A DNA stretch of 32,684 nt from an uncultured Lentisphaeraceae bacterium (GTDB taxonomy: Bacteria > Verrucomicrobiota > Kiritimatiellia > RFP12 > UBA1067). Position 1 is the first letter of the stretch; each line of letters starts with the position of its first letter. The stretch is taken from assembly GCA_964610015.1 (NCBI GenBank), contig CAZSUM010000002.1, forward strand, positions 5,725-38,408, in the 5' to 3' direction. The notes beneath the pieces were generated by a model. The model ran no database searches and was not told where the DNA came from. It saw only the letters and a list, made by a program, of their open reading frames with translations. The translations under genes were made by a program, and so were the position numbers. Shown here piece after piece: positions 11,685 through 19,830 of this stretch.

Positions 11685-13016
11685 TCAGTCCACCAGTTTA
11701 CGCAGGTCTTTGACCCGGCGCGATTTACCCTCGAAGCGTTCGAGCGTATTGGGGCTAACAAGATTAATAAGCATGTGCAAGCCTGTGACACCGTAGATGG
11801 CGCTGGCAATTTTATCGCGGATGGCCTGCATCTCACGCATGCTGTCCGAAAACATACCGGGTTGCATTTCGATGTGCACGGTAACCTCATCAAGCGCTTT
11901 GGGGCGGCTGACTTCGATCATGTAGTGAGGGGCAACCTTCTCGAACCGCATCAGTGCCGTCTCGACCTGCGACGGGAAAACGTTGACTCCGCGAATGATT
12001 AACATGTCATCGGTGCGCCCCAGAATGCGACTCATGCGGCGTGTAGTTCGGCCACAGGGGCACGGCTCATCAGGATAAATGATGCCGATATCGCGCGTTC
12101 GGTACCGCATGACCGGCAACGCTTCGCGACAAAGCGGCGTGACAACCAGTTCCCCCTTTTCGCCTTCTGGCAGCGTCTCCAGCGTCTCAGGATCAATGGT
12201 TTCAAGTAGATATTGGTCTTCTTGGATATGCATCCCATTGCGATAGGCACACTCGCCTGAAACGCCCGGTCCACCACATTCGGCCATGCCGTAATTGTTC
12301 CAGCAAAGGATGCCGAGTCCTTTTTCAATGCGTTCGCGCATCTCTTCAGTCCAAGGCTCACCGCCAAAGTGTGCATGCTGGATTGCGAGGCTTGCGCGGT
12401 CCACCCCACCATTGAGAATGTCGTCCATCAGTTTCAGTGCGTAGGAGGGGGTACAGATCAACACTTCAGGGCTAAGATCCTGCATGCAGGTGAGTTGCCG
12501 AACGGAATTACCGCTCGAGACGGGAATGATCGCAGCACCTACGCGTGCAATGCCATTGTGTAGACCAAACCCACCCGTAAACAAGCCAAAGCCAAACGAG
12601 ATTTGCACGGTGTGTTCAGGGCGCAGGCCCCCAGCCACCAGAAAGCGAGCACAGAGATCAGCCCAACGCTCGACATCACCCGTGGTATAGGCCGTCCACG
12701 TTGGCTTGCCAGTGGTGCCACTCGTTCCCTGGAATCGTGCGATTTGATGTCGCGGGACCGCCATGAGGCCTAATGGATAGTTCTGATGAAAATCGCTTTT
12801 CGTCGTAAAGGGCAAACGGCGCAAGTCATCTACTGACGAGATGCTTTCGGGCGTGATCCCGCACTGCGCGAACTTTTCGCGGTAGAAGGGAACGGTTGCA
12901 GCACGTGCAACGGCTTCACGCAAGCGATTCGTTTGTAGCTTACGAAGTTGAGGGCGAGGCAGACATTCGTATTCAGGTTGCCAAATCTGATTTTCTATCA
13001 TCGGCGTTGTGTTCAT
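11685..13016 (-). CDS. paaK: Phenylacetate-CoA ligase family protein (PaaK-like, AMP-forming aryl/alkyl-acetate-CoA ligase), paralog 1
   Basis: 443 aa with the adenylation motif GTSGTTGKPT, plus YGMAE...GPG and RYRTRD. Its start overlaps the ACT gene stop (ATGA at 13013-13016). Confidence 0.85.
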   Translation of the reverse strand: MNTTPMIENQIWQPEYECLPRPQLRKLQTNRLREAVARAATVPFYREKFAQCGITPESISSVDDLRRLPFTTKSDFHQNYPLGLMAVPRHQIARFQGTSGTTGKPTWTAYTTGDVERWADLCARFLVAGGLRPEHTVQISFGFGLFTGGFGLHNGIARVGAAIIPVSSGNSVRQLTCMQDLSPEVLICTPSYALKLMDDILNGGVDRASLAIQHAHFGGEPWTEEMRERIEKGLGILCWNNYGMAECGGPGVSGECAYRNGMHIQEDQYLLETIDPETLETLPEGEKGELVVTPLCREALPVMRYRTRDIGIIYPDEPCPCGRTTRRMSRILGRTDDMLIIRGVNVFPSQVETALMRFEKVAPHYMIEVSRPKALDEVTVHIEMQPGMFSDSMREMQAIRDKIASAIYGVTGLHMLINLVSPNTLERFEGKSRRVKDLRKLVD

Positions 13017-13450
13017 TTTGTTTTATTAAAAAGAGTGACCGCATCAAAAACATCGCGGCCAGCGGCTTGCAAGGCCTCAACTGCCCGAGCAGGATCATCA
13101 AAGCGGAAGACGAGGACCGCTTCAGTACCGTGGCGAAAAGCAAAGGCGTACATGTACTCAATATTCACACTGGCTTTACCGATGATATCGAGTATTTCTG
13201 CCATACCGCCTGGTTTATCAGCAACGGCTGCAGCCACCACTTCGCGCACGTTGACGACATAACCAGCTTGCTCAAGCACCTCTTTGGCTTTTTGCCACTC
13301 CTCAACAATGAGTCGTACGATGCCAAATTGCTGGGTATCAGCGAGCGAGAGGGTGACGATATTGATCTGTGCCTCTGCTAATGTCCGGCAAATCGTATTC
13401 AGATGGCCGGGTTTATTTTCAAGAAAAAGTGAGATCTGATGGATTGTCAT
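13013..13450 (-). CDS. ACT-domain (amino-acid-binding) protein
   Basis: 145 aa with two tandem beta-alpha-beta-beta-alpha-beta ACT-like halves (ISLFLENKPGHL..., AVADKPGGMAEIL...). It is sandwiched between the two paaK paralogs. Confidence 0.8.
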   Translation of the reverse strand: MTIHQISLFLENKPGHLNTICRTLAEAQINIVTLSLADTQQFGIVRLIVEEWQKAKEVLEQAGYVVNVREVVAAAVADKPGGMAEILDIIGKASVNIEYMYAFAFRHGTEAVLVFRFDDPARAVEALQAAGRDVFDAVTLFNKTK

Positions 13451-13472
13451 AGACAGCCCCTTTTGAACGGAG

Positions 13473-14816
13473 TTAATTGTTTTTACGAAGGTCAGTTACC
13501 CGTAGCAATTTTCCTTCACTGCGCGGGAGTGTGTGCGGTTCCACGAGCGTGATTCTAGCGCTAATGTTGATAATCCGCTGAACAGCGTGTCCGATCCGCC
13601 GACGGAGTCGTTCAAGGGTCTTGATATCATCACTAAAGGTCTCTTGCGTGACCTCTACTTTGATTTCAAGTATATCCAGATCGCCCTCTTTGGATACGAA
13701 GATGTGGTAATGCGGGAGCACGGATTCTACGGACATTAAGCCAGCTTCAATTTGCGACGGGAAGACATTGACACCTCGAATGATCAGCATGTCATCGCTG
13801 CGGGCACTGATGCGGTCAATCGAACGAATCGTGCGTCCGCATGGACAAGGTTCGGCGTGGATACACGAAATGTCGCGTGTGCGATAGCGTAACATGGGGG
13901 TACCCGTACGTGTTAGTGTCGTAAAGACCAACTCGCCTCTCTCACCATCCGGTAGGGGTTCCAGTGTTTCAGGATCAATGATCTCCGGATAGAAGTGATC
14001 CTCGAAGACATGCAGACCCCGATGGTATGGACAATCATTTGCGACACCGGGCCCCGAAATTTCGGTAAGGCCATAGATGTCATGTGCGGTAATCCCTGTA
14101 AGTGACTCAATTTTGGCACGCATCTCTTCAGTCCAAGGTTCAGCACCGAAGACGCCATGTTTCAATTTGAGATCTTTCTTAAAGTCGATTCCCTTTTTCA
14201 TGCCCTCGTCGATCAGGTGCAAAAAGTAGCTTGGCGTACAGGCAATGACAGTCACGCCCATATCGCGCATCAGCATGAGTTGTCGGTCAGTATTGCCTCC
14301 AGAGATGGGTAACACTGCACAGCCCAAGCCCTCCCCACCATAATGTAGGCCAAGGCCACCCGTGAACAGTCCATACCCGTAAGCCACCTGCATGATATCT
14401 GAGCTACGTACGCCACACATCGCCAGTGCACGCATACACCCATTTTGCCAGACCAAAATATCATTGCGGGTATTGCCAATGACAATCGGTTTACCGGTGG
14501 TGCCGCTGGAACAGTGGAAGCGCACAATATCATTCATGGGGCTGGCAAAGAGTCCAAAAGGATACTCATCGCGCAAATCGGTCTTGAGCATAAAAGGCAA
14601 CAGGGCAATATCTTTAAGGGTTTTGATATGCTCTGGTTTTACACCTTGCTCATCCATGCGTTTGCGTGTCAAAGGGACTTGCTCGTAAATTCGCTTTACC
14701 AAGCCTTGCAATCTGTGAAGTTGAAGGGCTCGCAGGGCGTCGCGCGCCATATAGTCCGGTGCACTAACTGGGTGAACAGGGGTGTCTAAATCATGCGCGT
14801 ACTCGTAGGGTAACAT
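13473..14816 (-). CDS. paaK: Phenylacetate-CoA ligase family protein (PaaK-like), paralog 2
   Basis: 447 aa with SSGTTGKP, YGLTE..GPG and RYRTRD, and the same architecture as paralog 1. Its ATG directly abuts the nifU stop. Confidence 0.85.
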   Translation of the reverse strand: MLPYEYAHDLDTPVHPVSAPDYMARDALRALQLHRLQGLVKRIYEQVPLTRKRMDEQGVKPEHIKTLKDIALLPFMLKTDLRDEYPFGLFASPMNDIVRFHCSSGTTGKPIVIGNTRNDILVWQNGCMRALAMCGVRSSDIMQVAYGYGLFTGGLGLHYGGEGLGCAVLPISGGNTDRQLMLMRDMGVTVIACTPSYFLHLIDEGMKKGIDFKKDLKLKHGVFGAEPWTEEMRAKIESLTGITAHDIYGLTEISGPGVANDCPYHRGLHVFEDHFYPEIIDPETLEPLPDGERGELVFTTLTRTGTPMLRYRTRDISCIHAEPCPCGRTIRSIDRISARSDDMLIIRGVNVFPSQIEAGLMSVESVLPHYHIFVSKEGDLDILEIKVEVTQETFSDDIKTLERLRRRIGHAVQRIINISARITLVEPHTLPRSEGKLLRVTDLRKNN

Positions 14817-15668
14817 CTATTTTTCCTCCTCCTCAACACAGATTTCTGGCGTAACGAATTCGCGCAATTTGGCTTCAATGAAGTCTTGTCGCGTAAAGGT
14901 CGCGGAGTGACAGCCAGCGCACATGCCGCGAAACGCAATAACTACGCGGTTCTCGATAATGTCAATCAGTTCGATATCGCCGCCGTCTTTCTGTAGCTGG
15001 GGTCTGATTTCACGATCGATAACCTCTTCAATTAATTTCATCTTTTGAAGGTTCGATAGTTTTTTTTGGGTACAAACGACAGGCGCAACAACGGGATCGG
15101 ACTGGTCAGTGCGGACAGAAGCGATAATTTTTTCAATATCCTCGTGACACATGCCACATCCACCCCCGGCTTTACAAAAGTTGGTCACTTCATCAACCTG
15201 AGTTAACTTGTTTTCTGTAACAACTCGCCGGATCTCGTTCTCAGAGACACCGAAGCAGGTACAGATAATGTGATCTTCGAGATTTTTAAAGGCGGTTTCG
15301 CCGGTGCGATAGTTACAGATCGCGGCTTCAAGCGCCTCACGTCCCATGACCGAACAGTGCATCTTCTGGTCTGGTAGGCCGCCAAGGTAATCAGCGATCT
15401 GCTTGTTCGTAATTTTTTCCGCCTCTGCAACAGTTTTACCGATGACCATCTCGGTTAGAGCAGATGACGAGGCAATGGCGCTGGCACAGCCGAACGTCTG
15501 AAATTTGACAGAGGAAATATGCTGAGTCTCGTCTAGTTTAAACATCAGGGTCAAGGCATCGCCACAGGCCAACGAGCCGACCGTCCCGACGCCGTCGGGG
15601 TTTTCTATCTTACCGACGTTCCGCGGATTGCGGAAATGATCCATCACTTTTTCACTGTATTCCCACAT
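14817..15668 (-). CDS. nifU: Full-length NifU-type Fe-S cluster scaffold (IscU-like N-domain, BFD-like 2Fe-2S domain, C-terminal NifU domain)
   Basis: N-domain Cys residues in GSLACGD, FGCASAIASS and HCSVM. Central domain C-x-C...CGMCHEDIE. C-terminal domain GMCAGCHSA. Confidence 0.9.
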   Translation of the reverse strand: MWEYSEKVMDHFRNPRNVGKIENPDGVGTVGSLACGDALTLMFKLDETQHISSVKFQTFGCASAIASSSALTEMVIGKTVAEAEKITNKQIADYLGGLPDQKMHCSVMGREALEAAICNYRTGETAFKNLEDHIICTCFGVSENEIRRVVTENKLTQVDEVTNFCKAGGGCGMCHEDIEKIIASVRTDQSDPVVAPVVCTQKKLSNLQKMKLIEEVIDREIRPQLQKDGGDIELIDIIENRVVIAFRGMCAGCHSATFTRQDFIEAKLREFVTPEICVEEEEK

Positions 15669-15746
15669 AAACTATCTCCGAATCTTGAGTCAAAGAGGTG
15701 AGCCCTTTAGCCATATCCGTCGCGGACGGTCATGACTTCCAAATTA

Positions 15747-16565
15747 TCAGGATTTTACAACTTCAGATATGATATGGATATCCTGTTGAGGGAAGGGGAT
15801 TGAGATTCCTTCTTCATCAAACCGTTTTTTGATGTTTTCCAACAACGCAAAGCGCAGGGGCCAGTAGTCGGCTGTCTTAACCCAAGGACGAACGGCAAAA
15901 TCGACGCGGCTGTTATTGAGTTGAAGGACTGCGATGACCGGTTCTGGGTCTTTCAGAACACGCGAGTCGTTCTCCAAGATTGATTTAAGGACGCGTTTGA
16001 CTTTGTCGATATCATCCCCATAACTAACGCCCGCCACCAAATCAAGTCTACGGGAGTCATTCGCTGAGTAGTTAATAATGTTGTCACCCATGATTTTTGC
16101 GTTTGGGATGATGATTTTTTTATTGTCTGGAGAGCACAGCTCGGTAGTGAAGATCCCCAAGGATTGAACCGATCCGGCAACGCCTGCGCCTTCGATGTAA
16201 TCGCCAGCTCTGAAGGGTTTGAAGATGACCATCAAGATGCCTGATGCAAAGTTTGCGAGCGACCCCTGTAAGGCTAAGCCAACGGCCAAGCCAGCGGCAC
16301 CGAGAATCGCTACAAAGGATGCCGTCTGTACGCCCAGCCTTCCGAGTGCGGCAATGATGGCAAAGATCATGATGCCGATGTGGCAGATGCTGGAAAGGAA
16401 AGAGACCAGCGTCTTGTCGACATGCCCCTTTTCCAGAACGCGGATAATCAAGGATTTAATTGTGTTTGCCACAAAACAGCCAATGAGGACAATCACGAGA
16501 GCAGCGATGATGTTTAGCCCATACAAGGTGGCCCATTCAAGTAGCTTAGTTAAGAGGTCATTCAT
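15747..16565 (-). CDS. mscS: Small-conductance mechanosensitive channel (MscS family)
   Basis: Three N-terminal TM helices followed by the conserved FKPFRAGDYIE...GSV..I..FTTEL...D...IIIPNAKI...IINYS core. Confidence 0.87.
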   Translation of the reverse strand: MNDLLTKLLEWATLYGLNIIAALVIVLIGCFVANTIKSLIIRVLEKGHVDKTLVSFLSSICHIGIMIFAIIAALGRLGVQTASFVAILGAAGLAVGLALQGSLANFASGILMVIFKPFRAGDYIEGAGVAGSVQSLGIFTTELCSPDNKKIIIPNAKIMGDNIINYSANDSRRLDLVAGVSYGDDIDKVKRVLKSILENDSRVLKDPEPVIAVLQLNNSRVDFAVRPWVKTADYWPLRFALLENIKKRFDEEGISIPFPQQDIHIISEVVKS

Positions 16566-16610
16566 TCTCTTCTTCCAATCACAGTATTTAGGGTTAAAAA
16601 CAAGAACGCA

Positions 16611-16638
16611 ATTTTATCATAATGAGGTGTTTACGCAA
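16611..16638 (-). promoter_or_regulatory. Candidate promoter of mscS, TTGCGT-16 nt-TAAAAT (minus strand)
   Basis: The reverse complement gives TTGCGT (16633-16638) and TAAAAT (16611-16616), about 45 nt upstream of the mscS ATG. Confidence 0.35.
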
Positions 16639-16675
16639 TCTGTTTAACCGTCTCTTTATTGTACGATATGAAAAA

Positions 16676-17458
16676 TTAAAGATCGCGCAATCGGAAGATT
16701 AGTGTCAGGCGTGCCGTTGCTGTTACGGGACGTCCCTCGCGTTCACCGGGCTTGAAACGTGCCTTGGCTGCGGCGCGCTGTGCAGCACGATCCAGATCGG
16801 GATAGCCACTGGATGTTACCAGCGCCACGTCACTGGCACGTCCATCTGCACCGACCGTTACATCCAACACGACCGTTCCTTCTTCGTTACGGCGGCGTGC
16901 GCTAATTGGATACACTGGACGTATCGTTCGCTCCAAGGCTGGATAGGCATTTACCTGACCAAAGGCACTCCCTCCAGCTTCAGATGAATCAGATTGTTCG
17001 GACGCGCTGTCGCTGGCAGGGGTCGTCGTTGTATGAGAACGATCAGGGTCACGTTCTGATGGGGGTTCGATGATTGCTTTCTGAGGAGTCGGTTCAACTG
17101 GAATTTCGGGCAGATCCGGACGTGGGGCGGGACGGGGATCAGGGAGGATTGGCGAGGGGGTTGTAATAATCGGTTCGGGTATTGGACGCGCTTCTGGCAA
17201 AGGTTCCGGAGGCGCAAGACTTTCAGGCGGTTCAGGCGGTGTAACTGATGTTTTTTGCGCTGCGGCAGACGCTGCTGATGTTGCGCTTGACGTCTCTTTC
17301 GGAGCGCCTTCGAGTGTCAGTTCTACTTCCGCAAGTTCGAGTTGTGGAACGCAAGTTTCGGTTGTCTGCATGAAGTGACGACCCGCTAACATCAGCACCA
17401 GCAGATGAAGCAGTGCTGCAAGCGTAAAGCAGATAAGATGGTTGAGGAGAGGCCGCAT
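16676..17458 (-). CDS. tonB: TonB-family energy transducer
   Basis: N-terminal membrane anchor, a long Pro-rich spacer (PPEPPESLAPPEPLPEARPIPEP...), and a C-terminal TonB domain (YPISARRRNEEGTVVLDVTV..DGR...V..SSGYPDLD.AA). Confidence 0.82.
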   Translation of the reverse strand: MRPLLNHLICFTLAALLHLLVLMLAGRHFMQTTETCVPQLELAEVELTLEGAPKETSSATSAASAAAQKTSVTPPEPPESLAPPEPLPEARPIPEPIITTPSPILPDPRPAPRPDLPEIPVEPTPQKAIIEPPSERDPDRSHTTTTPASDSASEQSDSSEAGGSAFGQVNAYPALERTIRPVYPISARRRNEEGTVVLDVTVGADGRASDVALVTSSGYPDLDRAAQRAAAKARFKPGEREGRPVTATARLTLIFRLRDL

Positions 17459-17470
17459 ACTTAAGCGATC

Positions 17471-17878
17471 CTACTCTAGGTCATTGCCGCTGACCTGAAA
17501 CGTGACGTGCTCAACGCCGCCTTTTTTAAGGCGACCCAACAGCGCAATGCCCGTGCCAATGGGCGCTGCTTTATCCGCACTGATCAATACAGAGGTTTGC
17601 GTCTCACGACATAAGAGCGTGAGATTGCGGACCAAAGCTTCAAATTCAAGCGGACGCCGGTTGAGGGCAAGTTTATTGTCTGCGGTCAACGTTACTAGTG
17701 CAGTCTCTCCGTGTTCCAGAGTGCCGCGTGCATCTGGCAACGAGACTTTCAGTCCGCGATGCACTGACATTGAGAAGATGGAGTAGACAAAGAAAACCAG
17801 AATCAGAAACATGACATCCATCAGGGAGATCATCTCAACCCGGGCTTTGCGATTTTCATATCCCGAACTCAACCGCAT
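17471..17878 (-). CDS. exbD: Biopolymer transport protein ExbD/TolR
   Basis: 135 aa with the N-terminal ISLMDVMFLILVFF TM helix and an ExbD periplasmic domain. It lies 12 nt upstream of tonB. Confidence 0.85.
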   Translation of the reverse strand: MRLSSGYENRKARVEMISLMDVMFLILVFFVYSIFSMSVHRGLKVSLPDARGTLEHGETALVTLTADNKLALNRRPLEFEALVRNLTLLCRETQTSVLISADKAAPIGTGIALLGRLKKGGVEHVTFQVSGNDLE

Positions 17879-17953
17879 GTTTTTCTCCCTGTGATTTTTT
17901 CACTTCCGGCTCGTCAACTGCACACACCACACACGCCCATATTATGCGGCCCA

Positions 17954-18607
17954 TCACTTGGGTTCAATCGCGGTCTGCGTTGAACCTGCGGCATACGCCA
18001 ACCCGAATTGGTGAATCAGCTGTTCCAATTCATTGGTCCGCCGCTTCAACTGCGCCACTAGAAAATTGAAGGGGAACAGACATGCGATTGCCACAATCAA
18101 TCCCGCCGCTGTGGTGAGCAACGCTTCAGCAATTCCCGCGGTCGCACCTGTCGGGTTTTCGATTCCCGCAGCATTGAGCATATTGAAGGTGTTGATAATA
18201 CCCGTCACAGTTCCGAGAATGCCCAGCATCGGTGCCACGGTGATGGTTGTGTCGAGCACAGAAAGACCGCGTCGTAAACTATCTAGTTCCAGTTGCGAAG
18301 CTGCTTCCAGCGTTTCTTGAAATCCTGATTCGCGATTCTCCAATGCTTGGGTGAGCACGCGACACGACGGAGACTCCGCCTGCCGCGCGCAGGCGATCGC
18401 TTCATCAAAGCGTCCTTCGCGTGTCAACGCGATCAATGTGCGTTGACTCTTGCGGAAAAAGAGATTGGCCGAGTGGAAACGCCAGAACGCAAACAATCGT
18501 TCAAACGTCACGGTTAGTCCCATCAGTGAAACCAAGAGTAGAGGCCACATGACAGGCCCGCCGCGATTAAAAAGCGCAAAGGCCTCATTCAGAGTCATTG
18601 CAATCAA
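17954..18607 (-). CDS. exbB: MotA/TolQ/ExbB proton-channel protein
   Basis: 217 aa with three TM segments and the conserved GILGTVTGII..F......GIAEALLTTAAGL motif. Confidence 0.85.
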   Translation of the reverse strand: MIAMTLNEAFALFNRGGPVMWPLLLVSLMGLTVTFERLFAFWRFHSANLFFRKSQRTLIALTREGRFDEAIACARQAESPSCRVLTQALENRESGFQETLEAASQLELDSLRRGLSVLDTTITVAPMLGILGTVTGIINTFNMLNAAGIENPTGATAGIAEALLTTAAGLIVAIACLFPFNFLVAQLKRRTNELEQLIHQFGLAYAAGSTQTAIEPK

Positions 18608-18646
18608 TTCCTTTCACCCTATCTAACGCGGACGAAACCGAGAGGT

Positions 18647-19630
18647 TCACATCACCTTCATCTTGGGTAGATCCTGAATGTCGACGTAGCCCAACAAATG
18701 TTGTTGCGCATCGACAACGGGCAAGTCATCAATCTTGTACTGCTCAAAGATGCGCAAGACATCCACTGCGAACGCCTCATCTGTTACGGAAATGGGCTTG
18801 GCGGTCATGACAGGGAGCACGGGTTTATGCAACAGGTCTTGTCCATCGTCGGAGAGCAAGCGGCGCAGATCCCCATCGGTAAAGATGCCCGCGAGTCGCC
18901 CTTCTAGATCGACGATCAAAGCGGCACCACTTTGTGCGGCCGTCATCGCCATGACAGCATCCATCACGGTGGCTGTTAACGGCAGGCTAGCAAGTCGCTC
19001 GCCGATGCGCATGATGTCCCGCACACGTAATACAAGCGCACGACCGATTGCCCCTGCTGGATGCAGTTTAGCATAACTGGCTTTGTCAAAATGACGGGCA
19101 TCAATGAGCACCATTGCCAAGGCATCGGCTACGGCCAGTGTTGCGGTGGTGCTGGTTGTAGGAGCCATGCCAAAAGGACAGGCCTCTTGACCGATTTTCA
19201 CACAGAGGGCCACGTCGCTCAGTTTAGCAAGAGTACTCTCTAGATTGCCAACCATGCCAATCACAGGAATCGAAAGCCGCCGAACCGCAGGAATCAGTTT
19301 GATCACCTCATCAGACTCACCTGAAAAGCTGAGCGCGAGCAACACATCACCAGCAGCGATGATGCCCAGATCACCATGCATGGCTTGAATTGGATTCATG
19401 ACCACACTGGTTGATCCCGTACTGGCAAGGGTTGCCGAGAATTTTTCAGCAATGTGGAGGTTCTTGCCAACACCTGTTATGACAATCTTGCCTCCCTTGT
19501 CCAAGATCTCGGTGATCAAATGAACGGCGGCAATAAATCCATCACCCAGCGCACCCTGTGCGATGCGGAGCCCTTCGATTTCGATCTCCATCACCTGCTT
19601 AGCACGCGAAATAATTGTTACGTTATCCAT
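18647..19630 (-). CDS. kdsD: Arabinose-5-phosphate isomerase (KdsD/GutQ/KpsF; SIS domain plus tandem CBS domains)
   Basis: SIS motif GKIVITGVGKNLHIAEKFSATLASTG and SFSGESDE, plus two C-terminal CBS repeats. Confidence 0.9.
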   Translation of the reverse strand: MDNVTIISRAKQVMEIEIEGLRIAQGALGDGFIAAVHLITEILDKGGKIVITGVGKNLHIAEKFSATLASTGSTSVVMNPIQAMHGDLGIIAAGDVLLALSFSGESDEVIKLIPAVRRLSIPVIGMVGNLESTLAKLSDVALCVKIGQEACPFGMAPTTSTTATLAVADALAMVLIDARHFDKASYAKLHPAGAIGRALVLRVRDIMRIGERLASLPLTATVMDAVMAMTAAQSGAALIVDLEGRLAGIFTDGDLRRLLSDDGQDLLHKPVLPVMTAKPISVTDEAFAVDVLRIFEQYKIDDLPVVDAQQHLLGYVDIQDLPKMKVM

Positions 19631-19764
19631 AATCAGATTATTTTAGCGTAACCCCCCTCAGACACAAGCGCGAAAGATAGAGCGTCACGCCTTAGGCGTT
19701 GATCAAGGTAGTCGTTGAGTGCCTTATGGCCGAAGAACAGCGATAAAAAACACGTTGTTGCCAT

Positions 19765-19816
19765 CTCCCTCGCCCTCTGGGAGAGGGCAGGGGTGAGGGT
19801 TGCGGGCTCTGCCCGC
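19765..19816. repeat. GC-rich palindromic intergenic element of the PALSQRERE / PLPEGEG type
   Basis: Stem GCCCTCT-GGG-AGAGGGC at 19772-19788 and stem GCGGGC-TCT-GCCCGC at 19802-19816. On the minus strand it translates to ...LTPALSQRARE..., a peptide typical of spurious ORFs over such elements. Confidence 0.5.
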
Positions 19817-19830
19817 ATGAGTAGATTCTC

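Noticed and set aside
11523-12002. 159-aa plus-strand ORF
   Set aside because: It starts out of frame inside the methyltransferase CDS and then runs antisense to the conserved C-terminus of paaK paralog 1. It is a shadow ORF.
12896-13381. 161-aa plus-strand ORF
   Set aside because: It is antisense to the paaK/ACT junction. Both sense genes have strong family motifs.
16219-16647. 142-aa plus-strand ORF
   Set aside because: It is antisense to the TM region of mscS. Its Ala/Pro/Lys-rich translation is typical of a shadow frame.
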